This document shows positions 13,774 to 27,095 of a stretch of DNA of 64,000 nucleotides, one piece after another (the first letter of the stretch is position 1; every line of letters begins with the position of its first letter). Source of the stretch: Negaprion brevirostris (Eukaryota); NCBI GenBank assembly GCA_030324005.1, contig JARDVH010000097.1, forward strand, positions 26,273,073 through 26,337,072, given 5' to 3'. The notes under the pieces were generated by a model. It was not told the origin of the DNA. It saw only the letters and a program-made list of their open reading frames with translations, and did no database searches. The position numbers and the translations under genes were made by a program.

Positions 13774-14899
13774 TAGTGTTAAACTGGAACCACCTGTAAT
13801 CCAGGGCAGTGATAGCAGTGCCTCCCCTAGAAAGACAATAATAAACTGGGTAAGGTTTTATGATTATCTATTAACTTTCATTCAAGTTGCCAGATTTATT
13901 GTATTCAGTTTTATAACCTGCCATGGTAAAATGCACCACCACTGTTCCTAATCCTTGGCAGTGTTTTGTAATCAATGAGAATGGAATGGAATCTAGGAAA
14001 TGAGCATTTGTAATTTTTATCATTTAATAAAGTAATACTATAAGATTTTTAAAATTTATTTGACAGCAATAATGAGTGAAAGTATAAAACTTTGCTCACT
14101 ATGATATTGCTTTGGATTCATAGGGCAGCTCAATTAATCCTTTCCAAATGGGTTTAGTATATATAGTCCGGGAAATTCATCGTATAAGACAATATGAAGT
14201 ACATCTCTGCAGCTACTATATGAATATATTCACTAAACTAAACTTGCTCAAACATGGAAAAAAAATACTTTTCAAATATTGGTTAGTCTCAGTGTCATGG
14301 CATCGATAATGACCTGCAGATTTCAATAACATCATAGATTATTTTGCTGAGAAAAATAGCAACATAAATTGTATGGAAATTCAGAAACACTTTTAAGTCC
14401 TTTACTAAATGTTATGTTACCACTGATTGGTTTCATTCATAAATTTGCACCATCTACCCCAAACCCCAACGTCCCACTAAGCCCAGCATGCAGGCAGAAT
14501 TGTGTGTCCACTCTCCTGCACTCCTACCCCCACATCCCACCCTGACCCAATGTGCACACACTTCAGCATTGCAGAAAGAAACTTAGTGGTTGAATTGTTA
14601 GGGGTACATGCCGCAGGTAGAAATTATGTAGATGTCATTAAAAACACATATATGACAATAGATTCAGAACTCATAAATGGAGTATGTGGAGCAATGCTCT
14701 TTGGTAATACTCCCAGTATTTTAAGGAGGATGTGGATTCATCAAGAGACTGGAGGAGGTAAGTGAATGGCTGATTGCATTATGTGAGTACAATCTTAATA
14801 AAAACTGTGAATTCTTCCAGAGGAAAAAAGGACAAATGGAAAAGAGACAGGTTAATCTGAAACCAAGTAAAGACTAATAGACTTGCAAGGAACTTTGTG

Positions 14900-16520
14900 G
14901 CATCTAATCACTTAAACTAGGCAGGTATGGAAGAGGAGAGGAAAGAAGTCAAAGGTGTCAGATGAGACAGATTGTTGGGTATAAGGTAGTCAATAAGCAG
15001 GCCTAGGATCAGAAGAATGGAGAATCATTTGGACCAAATACTAGGAATAAGCAGACATATGAGAGAAAGCAAATCTATAATAAGATTTATATACAAGAAT
15101 GCTGAATACATTAGAAATAAGATGCCTGAATTGTATACTAGTATGGTGGGATGGAACTGTTTGGTGCAGAAATATCAGAAATCCTGAGATTGGAAATAAT
15201 ATTCCATATAAAATTTAGAGTGCTTAAGTAAAGCACAAGTGAACATAAAGAAAATAGCATGGCCTAATAAGTGCAGAATTAATGGGAGGTAAAATAAGTC
15301 GCTCCTTTAGGAGGTAGAAAGCTACAAAATGGATTGGACACTTATAATGCTGAACTAAGCTAAAACTAAGGGCAGAATCTTTTGGCCCTCAGAAAGATTG
15401 GGAATGGCGGCAAACAAAGCCAAAGTGGCCGGTATGTGTTTTTTTAACCCTGCTCCTGGTGTCAGGCAAGTTGGAGGCCGCCATGAAGTATTCAGCCAAT
15501 TAGACCTATTAAAAGCCTCATTAAGGCAAGTTGGTTTCCAGTTTTCGGATGTGACAGGGGCAATTTAACTGTCTGGAGGCAAGCACCCATTGATAGCATT
15601 GAATTTCTCCTTGAAGAGATAGTGAAGATATTTAAGAATCGTAAAATTTTGATGGGGGACATCCATCAATCAACCATAAACTGGGAAACTCGGTTTTAAA
15701 TCAAATTTTGTCTGTTGACCAATGCTGACCTTGATTATTTGTTACAACCCGGAAAATATATAGGAAATGGCAGCTGCAGCAAATGCAAATGGAACAGCAA
15801 TGATAAAATTGATGCAATATAAATGTTCTGGGAATTCAAAATATCCCAGACCAAAAGCCAGGTAAATAACTGTAAAATGATTAAATTTGATGAAATGATG
15901 AAACAGCTAAAATAAATCAATTAGAAGGGGCTGCTGAGTAAAATTTCAACAGAAGACAAGCATGGGTAGTTTCGTAGGAATTATGTGGAACTTGTAGGAT
16001 AAATGCTTTCCTAAAACCAGGAAGTTCAGAAGAAGGAAACAATTTTTAATCACACAGCAAATTAAAATGAGAGATAAAAAGGAATTTGCCTGTGCAAATC
16101 TTAAAGGCTGAATGCGGTGAATATTAGTCAATGCACGCTCACATTACAAGGGTGATCAGAGGGGCAAAAAGAAACCTGGAAAAAAACCATGGCAGCTGAA
16201 ATTAAGCTTAACAGTTTTTAAAAAAATCAGTACAGAAAAAGGGCAGTCAGGAGAGAGAGTAAGAATTGTAATAAAGACAGATGGGCTTGAAGCTAAGGAT
16301 GAGCAGAAAATAACAAATATTCTGAATGACTATTTGCTTCAAATGTTCACCAGAGAAGACATGAACAATGTGCCCTCTCCTGACAAGTAAGACAGATATC
16401 TCAAGTAAAATCAGTGACTTATTATGAACAAGATAAATGTCCTCGGCAGGCAAAATGGGTTCAGAACAAATAGATCCACATGAATCAGTGGTATTTACGA
16501 TATCCTCAGGGAGATGGTTA
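14900..16520 (+). mobile_element. Old, heavily decayed CR1-like ORF2 (endonuclease/linker region) with a nested DNA-element fragment near 15370-15590
   Basis: Residual motifs LYTN..IRNK..EL (15085-15132), ILMGD.....INWE (15646-15687) and ILNDYFASxFTRED-like (16318-16360). Confidence 0.5.
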
Positions 16521-16571
16521 ATAGTAATTTAGAGATCAAAAATACACATTAATTTCTGGACCAAACTCCTG

Positions 16572-16672
16572 CTCTGAAGAAGTCATATAGACTGGATACG
16601 TTCATTCTGTTCCTCTCTCTGCAGATGCTGCCAGACCTACTGAGTCTTTCCACCATTTTCTCTTATTTTGTT
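16572..16672 (+). repeat. Short repeat (cagatgctgccagacctgctgag family), probably a second PLE-type terminal repeat
   Basis: Related copies at ~29110-29180, 43435-43530 and 62238-62338 (-). Confidence 0.6.
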
Positions 16673-16959
16673 CCAACTCCATAGCCTGAATGTCATGCCT
16701 GTCAGGTATGCCGAGAGGTGGACATGGAACCCACTCCAGGTGATATTGCTTCAGAGAAATGGTTTCACACTCGCTGGCTCACCCAGCTTGAAACACATCT
16801 CTTGAATGATCAGGATGTAGGGGCGGGGATGGAATCTGGTTGAGCACCAGATCTAATGGTGGCTTAGCAGGGGCAACTCGCTGAAGGCTGGGTGGATTTG
16901 GGAAGGACCCAGTCCACAAGAGAATTGCTGGTCTTACCCTACTCAGTAATCATGGCCTC

Positions 16960-17170
16960 AGTGCCCGATGGGCACAGCAGGTGGGAGGATATGTCTGGTT
17001 GGGATTCTGTTCCCCATTTTTCAAATGAATGCCTTGAAGTACTGGTGGAAGAGGAGGTTAATGCTAGGCTGGATATTTTGATGCCTTAGCATGCAGGAGG
17101 AGGGCACCAAGATGGCCTGGGATGAAGTGGCAGCCCAGGTCTGTCACCATAATGCGGTCGGCAGACATGA
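16960..17170 (+). mobile_element. PIF/Harbinger second ORF remnant (Myb/SANT-like DNA-binding domain, NAIF1-like)
   Basis: VPHFSNECLEVLVEEEVNARLDILMP / GTKMAWDEVAAQV matches the F-S..E.LV.EV..R...L....AW.EVA pattern of Harbinger Myb/SANT proteins; interrupted by a stop and frameshift. Confidence 0.7.
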
Positions 17171-19629
17171 TTCGACTGACACTGCCAGTGAGGGTAGAAG
17201 GGGAGGGCACAGCACTTGCAAATGTAAGTTAAGTCACCATGAGCTCAAGAAGGAACTTTCAACTCTAGGAGAGCACTGCATTCCAAGCTGTGCATTTTTC
17301 CTTTGAAACCTTTGTACCTCCCAATGTTGGGATACAACATGCTTCCAATGATTGCTCCTGTTGCGTGTCAACAGCCCTTCTGCACTGCCTCCTTCCTCTG
17401 ACTTCAGATTGAGGTCCACATAGCCCCTGGACTACCTGCCAGCTATGATGCTTTTGCATTTCATAGAAATGTCTATACTCTGTGACTCCTGTCTACCTTT
17501 CCCTGAACTTAAACAAGAGCCTTGACATAATTCCCATTTCAAAAGAGGACTATGGACAACAATGATCTTCACATAGCACAACAAGTAACCTCGATCTGTT
17601 TAGCTTTTGTGTGAACCAATCTTAATGTGCCACACTAACAGGCATCCACTCATAATCTGCAGTCTATGGCATCCCCTTCCAGTAACCCATGTGCTATTCT
17701 TTAGACTCCTTTTTTTATCTGTGTTTCTTGCAGCCTTCCCACTTCCCTCTCCTCATTTGTCTCTCTGCCTTCCATTGTTCATTCTTTTCATCCACCTTCT
17801 TACCCCTCTGCCTGCCATTGTACCATTACCCCGTTGCACAGCACTCATTTCATATTCCCCCCAGTAGTCTTCATCTGCCCATCCCCTCTACCACCCTCAT
17901 CTTGCAACCCACCCCTGTTCAAACATCAGACTTTTGTTGTGATGGCTGCATGAGTCCCATAGCACAGNNNNNNNNNNNNNNNNNNNNNNNNNNNNNNNNN
18001 NNNNNNNNNNNNNNNNNNNNNNNNNNNNNNNNNNNNNNNNNNNNNNNNNNNNNNNNNNNNNNNNNNNTGCTATCCAGTCAAATACTAATGTGTGGAACCA
18101 TAGGAAAGGAGTCCATTTATTCCCTAACTCCAGACCAGAACTGGCCACGTGGGCGGGTGGGGGGGGAGGTCCTTGGGTCCAGGAAGGCAGGAACCAGTCT
18201 GCCCCAGCCAGGCTCGTATACAGCGCATAAGGAGCAGCAGAACATCATGGCAAGTAGGCTTCACATGTTGCATTCACCTCACAGGCTCTGGTGAACCAAG
18301 AGCCGTCTTGTGCACACCAGACATTATCAATCAGGTTGATGCTGACATGATTTTCCACTTGCATGATACAAGAACAAAAGGCTTGATGAGTCCTCTATCT
18401 TAGAAATAGCCAGTGATCAATCATTATTTCTTCAACAGTGATAGCTCTGCTGAAAGTAAGGGTAGCATTGGACATTCTCTTGGCTTTCAGATCCTGGGTG
18501 CTGAGTTGCAGCCTGCTATGTGCAAGTACTTTCAATTTGAATAGACAAGAGAGCCTGCTGATTAGTGAGGATACAGGACTGTCATAGCCATTTCTCAGGT
18601 CAGCAACAATTTTCAGACATTTGAACTCTCAACTCCTATCCGAATTTCTGTAACCTCCTGTGAGGCTATCCCAAGTTTTAACTTCAGAGAAGCAGCTTGT
18701 TCCTCATACAGGACCTATTTGCTGTGAATTTGAATGTGGGAATGTTCACTGGGAACTTGCTGTTGAGGGGCAGGGTGTTGAATTCTGATCGCTTTGACAT
18801 GGAGCCAAATGGAAGTTTTATCTGCAGGAGTTGACAGGTAAATCATGTGGAGGGAGAGCAAGGTTTTGGTTGATACGAGGAGGAGCTTACTGCACTAATG
18901 TTAATAGAACTGTGAGAGGGACATAGTGATTTTAACCTTATCGGCCTCCTTTAAACTAGTGAACAGTTACTGACTGATGTTTGCCATGGCCTGCTGAATA
19001 GCAGAAAACTCTTAGTCTGATTAGTATGATATGTTGAATGGTGCAGATTGTCAAAGTGATTGAAAGAACAGAGTAAAGGAAGTACTTATTCTTTCACATT
19101 TGTCTTTCTATTGACCTTCCATGAATTGTTGCTGATGTGGATGATATTGGTGCCTCATCTATCTCATCTGTCAAATCCAATGATATATTCTTCCTCAAAT
19201 TGGAAAAAGACAGTAACTTCTGAGTCTATCACTGAAAACGGTGGCTCAGACCTGAAACAGCTACTTTCTGCAACAGCAAAGCACCACTTCTTGTAACTGT
19301 TGCATTTAAAAAAAATAATTTTCACTTATGTGATACTCCTTCATCCATGCTACTGTTTCAGCATTCAGCCTGCTAACCACTAATAATAATAATTTTTGTT
19401 AGTAGTAATAAAGAAACAGCACTGGAGATTTTGATATGAGACCTAAATTTGACAAATCTCCTGGGCCTGATGGCTCACATCTAAGGGTATTATCAAAATA
19501 TGTAGCATCTGCTGATGAACCAACAGACCTCCTTCCACCCTCCCCCCCCCATCAACATCGGACCCTCCACCTATCATCAGCAGCATCATCACCCCCAACT
19601 GATGGTTGCAGGCAGCCAATAATAAAGTC

Positions 19630-21060
19630 ATCGCTGGATGTGAGCTGAGCCACTGCCATCAGTGACACCATTTTGTCCTTTCTTAGTAGTCCCAGTAGTG
19701 GCATATGATTGCTGACAAATGCAAATTTCTGCCCATAAAGGTATTGGTGGAATTTTTTTCACTCCAAATATTACTTCCAACCCTTCTTTTTCAATGTGGG
19801 CGTACTTTCTTTTCACTATAGTCAACATCCTGAAGTCATATGCTTTTGGGTATTCCTCTCTATTTGGCCATTTATGTACAAATACCACCCTGGTGCTGTA
19901 TGGAGACCCATCGCAAATTAGTATTAACCCTTTTCTAGGATCGTAATGCCCTAAAACATTCGACAATGATAGCTGTTGCTTTGTTCTCTTAAAAGCCAGG
20001 TCCAGAAGGGCAGACCATTCCCATCTTGGTCTTTTTTTAATAGTTGATGCAGTGGAACCAAGATGGAGGCATGGGTTGATATAAATTTTCTGTAGTACAT
20101 CACCAGCCCTAGAAATGACTGTAAACTTCTGGGTGGAGGTAGGAGCTGAGGTGTCTTTAATCACCTGCACCCAGTCCTCCAAAGGATGTAGATCTGAGTT
20201 GCCCACTTTATAGCCCAAATAGGTCACCTGAGGTACCAGGATTTCTCTTCGCTTAGGTGCACACCGGCCCTTGAAAAACAACTAAGGGTTTACTCCAAGT
20301 TCTGTAGTTCTATCTTTGATTTACCTGTAATAAGAATGTCACTCAGATAAATGGCCACCTGAGGTAAACTTTGTACTTTGTTCTCCATTGTTCTCCGGAA
20401 GATTGAGCAGTGTGGCAATACCCCAAAGGGTAACTTTGTGTATTGATAGAGGCCCTTACGAGCATCAATTGTAAAATATTTCTGTGAATCCTTATCCAGT
20501 GTAATTGTAAATAATAATGACTTACGTCTAGTTTTGAGAGTAAGAGTCCCACTGCCCACTTTGAATATAAATAATCAAGCTGGGGAATTGGGCATTTGTC
20601 CAGCTGTGTGAAAAATGCTGTATTGTTTGTTTAAAGTTCCCACAAAGGTAATTGAACCATCTGGTTTCAAAGTAGGCACCACCAATGCTGCCCGATCCAT
20701 GAACTGGACAGGTTTTATGATACCTTCTCATTCCAGTCTTTGATTTTCTGTTTCCACTTTTTTTCCTTAAAGCAAATAATCCCAGACGGGTTTTGCAAAA
20801 TCACGAACTGCTTCCTGGTCGACATGTAAGATCGCTTTAGCACTTTAGACCTTCATGGAAAACTTCTGGGTATTTGAGGAGGACTTTACGCAAGCGACAA
20901 TTTTCTAACTGGAAAATGTTTACCCAACCCAGGTGGATCTCTCAACCAGTTTTATCCCATTAAGTTTGGGCCCAAGCTCTCAATTATTATTAATGGTAAC
21001 TGAACCAGTTCCTTTTTAAAGAGACAGGAACAAAGGTTGCACCCATAATTTTCAGAACTT
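19630..21060 (-). mobile_element. Gypsy pol fragment (RT + RNase H), decayed
   Basis: KGLYQYTKLPFG, VAIYLSDILITG, VTYLGYKV, LGHYDPRKGLILICDGSPY and KYAHIEKEGLEVIFGVKK in ORFs 20290..20559 and 19628..20281. Confidence 0.9.
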
Positions 21061-21814
21061 AATCTAGATGTAGATGGACTTTCCAGGGTGTGCACCCTCC
21101 TGTCCAGCCTACATATCATTTTCCTAAATCTAGGTGTCTAGATAAATCTAGGAAGGCTTGCTTTGCTATTCCGACTCCGATTACAATGTCTTGCCAAGCA
21201 GAACGATTACAGTGCCCTGCCAAGCAGAATTCTGAAGGGACTGTTGACTGTCTGGTCAANNNNNNNNNNNNNNNNNNNNNNNNNNNNNNNNNNNNNNNNN
21301 NNNATACTTCCTGAGGGAGGCTATGTAATCACCTTCATTCAGGTGGTGGTCCCCAAACTCAGTCAAACTGGCATGGCTGTCTACTTCTGTCAGGATACCA
21401 TGCATCTTTTTGGAATTCTCTACCCATAGGACTGTAAGCAAAGAATTGTGTGTAAGAGGGGTAGATATTTAGATATGAAAAGAACTAAGTGAAATTGGAA
21501 TAGTGCAGGAAGGTGGAATTTAAGGTGCAAGTTGGCCACATTGTTGAATGTGGAGCACGTTCAAAGGGCTGAATGGCTGACACCAGCTGTGATTTCTCTT
21601 GTTCTTAAAGGTACACATTATTTGGTCACCCAGCACACTCAGTATGCCAAATTGAAAGCAGGTGGAGGTGACTTGCAATATTTTATTCATTGCCACAAGT
21701 ATTCTTTAATGATCATTGTATCTTGTTCATTATGGTATTATCTTTTGAAATCGGTTTTATCAGAAGGCATGAAGGCAAGTCAGACAGTTCACCAAGAGGA
21801 ATTAATAGATCTTG

Positions 21815-22260
21815 GTTGTAAATCGGTGACTACAAGAGCAGCTCAGTGGCTAGGAATTCTATGGCGATTAACTCAACTTCAGTCTCCACAAAGCCTGTCC
21901 AGCATTGACAGGGCGCAAGTCAGGAGTCTGATGGAATGCTCTCCACTTGCATGGACAAGTTCAGCTCCATCAATCTTTAAGAAACTGGACACCATCCAAG
22001 ACAAACCAACCTGTTTTATTGAAATCCTGTCCATTTTAAGCATTCAGTTCCTCCGCCACCAGTGCAGTGTAGCTATGTGTAGCATATGCAACAAGATACA
22101 CTGCAGCAACCCATTAAGGCTTGTTTGACATCTTCCTGTCTGAAACTTCTACCATCTAGAAAGGCAAGGGAAGAAGACAGGTGGTAACATCATCACCTGC
22201 AAGTATTTCTCCATTTTGCCTTTGAACTATATTGCTGGGTCAAAAACCTGGAACTCTCTT
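21815..22260 (+). mobile_element. CR1/L2-clade LINE 3' fragment
   Basis: RAAQWLGILWR...AQVRSLMECSPLAW..LDTIQDK; homologous to 5560-6230. Confidence 0.75.
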
Positions 22261-22639
22261 CTGAACTGGGGTTGGGCACAATACTCCATCTGGAGCTGAA
22301 TTAGTTTTTGATATAAATTTAGCTGGATTTTTAGTAAAATCCCCCAAAAGTGATGAGGATTCTAACATTTCCCTCTCTTCCAGCTTTCACAGAGATGGGA
22401 AGTTGAGGAACCCCAATGCAACAGTTGAATGAAATATTTAAATATTATAATACGTACTTCACTACTGTTTTGACCTAGCATTTTGGCTTTAACAGCCTGG
22501 GCATTGTTTCCATCACCTGTCAGCAGCTTGCCAGGGTCATTGGGGTGAATATTCATTGGTGAGTGTTTTCTTCAGTGGAAATGACAAGCAGAGGAGACTT
22601 TGATCAATGAAACTGAAGAGACTGTTGTTCCAAACATTT

Positions 22640-23560
22640 CTTGGAGAGATTGCTATCACAGGTGATTGTCACCTTTTTGGAAGATTTTTAACATTTCAGT
22701 CACCTTCAGCTGCACTTCCCTCTGCCAGCCTTCATCACAGCATGGGAGCAGCTAATGCAGCTCTATTTTGCACCTCTGATAAAGAGCGAAATGAGCAGCA
22801 ACAGTAGCAGCAGGAGCAATGCCAGCAGCAACAGCTGTCTTCTCCTCAGTCACAGAGCACTTGGGATGGACACCAAGATCCATCTCACAATTTTTACAGG
22901 CAGAAAGAATCAACTGTCTTGACATGAGTACAAGGGTTCAGAAGGACCAGATTCTCACATCACATTGCTGCTGTCATCTGCAGCCTCCTGGAACAAAGCC
23001 TCCATGCGTGGAGAGCAAGTGGGTATATGTTGTCAGTCTACAGTAAGGTGCCTATCACTAGGAGTTCACCCCAGAGTCTCTTCGTCTGCCCAAGTTTGAA
23101 TACTCTCTTCTACAGAGAGAGAAAGCACAGAGCTGTGAATGCTCATGATGGCTTGTGTGGATAGCACAGAAGGGCAGAAATTGTGGAAGATGACTGAAGC
23201 ATGGATGCAAGGCAACAATTGACTGAGGATGAGTGAGAGAGCTTGCTGTTCATTTGGGTTTGTGATGTGACTGGAGAGAATGAGGGGATCTGCAAGATGG
23301 GTTGACCTGTGAAGTGCTATGCAGGAGAATACAGAAAAAATTATAGTGTGGAGCTTTGCACAAAGTGTTATGCCACATACCTTTCTTACATCCCCCTGGT
23401 ATGCTGTCTCCAGTTGAAGAGACACACTTCTGCTGCTGACTTCCTTGGCCACTTCCATCTGTGACAAATTTTATCTGCCGTGTGTCTGGCTGTTCCACAG
23501 GTATATCTGTGTCCACTTGAAAGCCTGGCTAACGAAAAGTGTATGTTCCAGCTCTGCAGT
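22640..23560. mobile_element. Decayed Harbinger-derived element (transposase N-terminus on +, remnants beyond)
   Basis: Gln-rich leader followed by a YRQ.RINCLDMS-like motif typical of the start of HARBI1-like transposases; organisation resembles 43900-44250. Confidence 0.4.
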
Positions 23561-24261
23561 TTGCAAATTTCAGAGTCTGGCTAGGTTTCAACTTGGCTTC
23601 CACATTTCAAGTTTTTATTCATGTTCATGAAAAAATATCAATATTTCTGTGAAACTCCTGGAGGTCATGGATCATCTGACTGCACCTATCTATTCTCATC
23701 CCATTTTCCAGCATTTGGTCCAGGCCTTAACTGAAGAAGGTAAACTGATTTTCATTTATCTCAGTATTCACCTTAATGACACATGTTGGATGTAACCTCA
23801 ATCTTTAAAGGCAGCAGAAGAAAGTCACAAACTATATAAAAAATCAGTAGAATTTTTGAATATTAATTTATAAGAGTTTTGTGCTGTACTCTGCAAGATG
23901 TCAGGTCACAGGTGTTGTGTATGGATTTTGGCACACTTTTAAATAAAGTAAATAAAACAATGGGAAAAATACATAGCTACAAGTTATGATTGGATAGGGC
24001 TTTTTCATTGGGACTAAGAAGCTAGAATAGAGACCTGGTAGAGAAGTCCCACATTATGATGGGTTACAATAGGGTAACTACCAATAAAATGTTACAGTTG
24101 GTCAAAGAATTTGTTATGCACAAATGTAAGATAATCAACAGAATTAGAGGCTAAAAAGAGTTCATATACTGATTTGAGTGTGGTATTCACTGTTGCAATT
24201 TATTGTTGATAAAGAACACTTTTGCACTTCAAAGTTTTAGTGAGAAAGAAGAACAGGAGCT

Positions 24262-24805
24262 TTTTCTGTTCATTCGTGGGACATAGGTACCACTGGCTGG
24301 GCCAACACTTAATTGCCCTTGGAGGGCAGTTGAGAGTCAACCATATTGCTGTGGCTCTGGAGTCACATGTGGGCCAGACCAGGNNNNNNNNNNNNNNNNN
24401 NNNNNNNNNNNNNNNNNNNNNNNNNNNNNNNNNNNNNNNNNNNNNNNNNNNNNNNNNNNNNNNNNNNNNNNNNNNNNNNNNNNACCACTGGCTGGGCCAA
24501 CATTTAATTGCCCTTGGAGGGCAGTTGAGAGTCAACCATATTGCTGTGGCTCTGGAGTCACATGTGGGCCAGACCAGGTAAGAAAGGCAGATTTCCTTCC
24601 CTAAAGGACATTAGAAAACCAGATAGGTTTTTCCAACAATCGTCAATTGTTTCATGGTAATCATTAGACATTTCATTCCAGATTTTTTTAACTGAATTCA
24701 AGTTCCACCATCTACCATGGCGGGATCCAAACCCAAGTTGATAGAACATTAGCTGAGTTCTGGATTAAATATCTAGCAATAATCCTACTAGGCTATCACC
24801 TCCCC
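24262..24805 (-). mobile_element. tRNA-headed SINE spanning an assembly gap
   Basis: Same family as 3430-3948. Confidence 0.75.
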
Positions 24806-26020
24806 ATTGCGACAAAATAACTGTTGACTCCTGTCAAATTCCAGCAGAAGACTGTTGAGGCCCATTAAGATGAGGTGCAGGAGTTAGAATCTCTCGGACT
24901 TTGTGCTGCAAAGGTTGGGTGAATCCAATTCACCTCAGTTGCCACCCTAACCACAATTGACGGAAGTTAAAATTGGAGCCTGCGTCATTAACAGTGGCAG
25001 CATTATCATCTGTTAGAATTCAACAGCCTATTTCTACATTGTAACATGCTATGATGCTCTTCTCTGCTTTGTAGATAGTGAAATAGAATCATGACTTTTG
25101 GAAATGAACGCAAAAAAAATCTAAATAAACCTACAAGTGTGATGGTTAGTTCGAGCCCTACTGTGTGTGATATGCATGAGTTAACATGGAGTAAAATCTG
25201 TATGTCTTGATTCAAATTTAAGGAGGTCCAAAGAATGAATTGCCCCAATTTAGAGTGACAAATTTCTCTGATTTACCTTTTGCAAGAACAAATTTAGTTT
25301 CCCTTCAAATTGGCAATATCCTTCGTTCAAAATTAATTATTGCCACTATTTCCTCCAATTTCTTTCAGTGGTCCCCAAGTGAGGAATCCAGGAAATTATA
25401 GTCACTTATTTCCTGCTGAAAAATCAATAACATTTTGGCTGTTCAACAGTTTATTTTTTTCTTTCTATTTTACTTCGTTATTCTTAAACATAGTTTAACC
25501 TTTAACACACAATGTGATGGAAATAAAGGCCTCCTTCTTGATGTTTGTCATTCAGCTGAAGTGATGCATTACTGTGGTTGCATAGGAAAAAAAAATGAGG
25601 ACAGATGGTGGGTCTATTATTCCTTTAAAAATAAATCTATCATTTCAAGCTGAACTAAAATCTGCTCAGGGTCAAACATTGCAGTTGGTGGAATCATATT
25701 GTTTTGAAGTTGTTGGTCTCACTGTGGAACAGCTTCAGTGAGAATCTGTAAATTCTGTGAGCTCACCTTGCTTCGCATTAATGTTCAGAAAAGTGATTAA
25801 TGACTTTTGAATAAAATATAGGAATGCTGTTTTAAAATCAATATAAAATTATGGTACCTGATAGCACTGAGGCACTGTGGTGTTCATCCTCTGCATTTGA
25901 AAAAAGACCTGTAGGGAAGAAGGCTCACCTTCTGTAGCAATGTTACAGATGGCAAGATGAAAGCAATTTAAGAATATTTCCATTAGTTCTTTCAATTGGT
26001 ACAGCAAAAGCACAGATATT

Positions 26021-26572
26021 GGGCAGAACCTTAGCACGAAATGGCAAAATGTTGGGAATCTGACTGAAAACCAGTGTGTTTCTCTCCAGAAAAACAGACA
26101 GGTTTTCTCTCCAAACCTTACAACACTTTGTCAAAACAAAAATGTAAGGGACGTGTTTCATATTGTCATTTTGAGGGGTGGAGCCTAAAGATGCTGGCAA
26201 AGCCACTTCCGGAGAGATCAGGGAGTCTTTTTTAAAGGCACTGTGCCAACTTGGCAGTGCCAGCTGGCAGCGTCTGGGCATGTGGCTTTTCCCTGAAGGC
26301 TATACTCACCTTTGTGCCTGGGAGGGCTCTCACAACAGGTTTACATTTGAAAACACAGCGAGGAGGAAAATACTGGGGGAGTGGGGGAACTGGGGGGGCG
26401 GGGGGGTGGCTGATAGTTAAATTNNNNNNNNNNNNNNNNNNNNNNNNNNNNNNNNNNNNNNNNNNNNNNNNNNNNNNNNNNNNNNNNNNNNNNNNNNNNN
26501 NNNNNNNNNNNNNNNNNNNNNNNNNNNNNNNNNNNNNNNNNNNNNNNNNNNNGTCGGCTGAAAATCACCCCC
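26021..26572. mobile_element. Non-autonomous DNA transposon-like element (GGG-type termini)
   Basis: Starts gggcagaacc, ends gaaaatcacccc; internal ggcactgtgccaacttggcagtgcc motif shared with 28331-28795 and 42214-42880. Confidence 0.45.
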
Positions 26573-26779
26573 TTTGTAGTCGACTGATATTCGAACTAAA
26601 GCCTTCTTCTCCCATTTTCTATCATAAATTTAATGGGCCATAACTTCCATCCAGTGGTGTAAAGCAGTGACGCACTGGAATTACAAGAGTTTAAAGTGCA
26701 CACACTGTTCTGGAGAACTTTGTTCAAAGCTCTGCTGGCTGAAGCTGTTTGCAGCTTGCAGTGAAAGAGCCCCCTAAGA

Positions 26780-27095
26780 TCATGGAACTCTACAGTGCAG
26801 AAGGAGGCTATTCAGCCCATCAAGTCTGCACTAACCAAATCCTATCCAGACCCTATCCCCATTTTCCCATGCATTTACCCTAGCTAGTCCCCCTTACACA
26901 GAGAGGCAATTTAATCTGGCCAATCCACTAACCTGCACATCTCTGGACTGTGGGAGGAAACTGAAGCACCCGGAGGAAACCCACACAAACATGGGGTGAA
27001 TGTGCAAACTCCACACAGGCAGTGACCGAAGCTGGCTATCGAGCCATGATCACTGGTGCTGTGAGGTGCAGATCACAATGCAGTGAAGCACCAGT
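26780..27095 (-). mobile_element. HE1-type SINE
   Basis: Full body ggactgtgggaggaaac..agcacccggaggaaacccac..gtgcaaactccacacag plus tail; matches 52757-53110. Confidence 0.8.

Noticed and set aside
14700-14765. Strong donor-like site gag|gtaagt ending an 87-aa ORF
   Set aside because: The upstream translation shows no glypican or other recognisable similarity, and I see no convincing acceptor; likely chance.
21532-22128. 198-aa ORF
   Set aside because: Chance fusion of unique sequence with a LINE ORF2 C-terminal fragment; non-ATG start.
24285-24580. ~95-bp direct repeat on both sides of a 100-N gap
   Set aside because: Near-identical overlap of contig ends inside one SINE; most likely an assembly artefact, not a tandem duplication.
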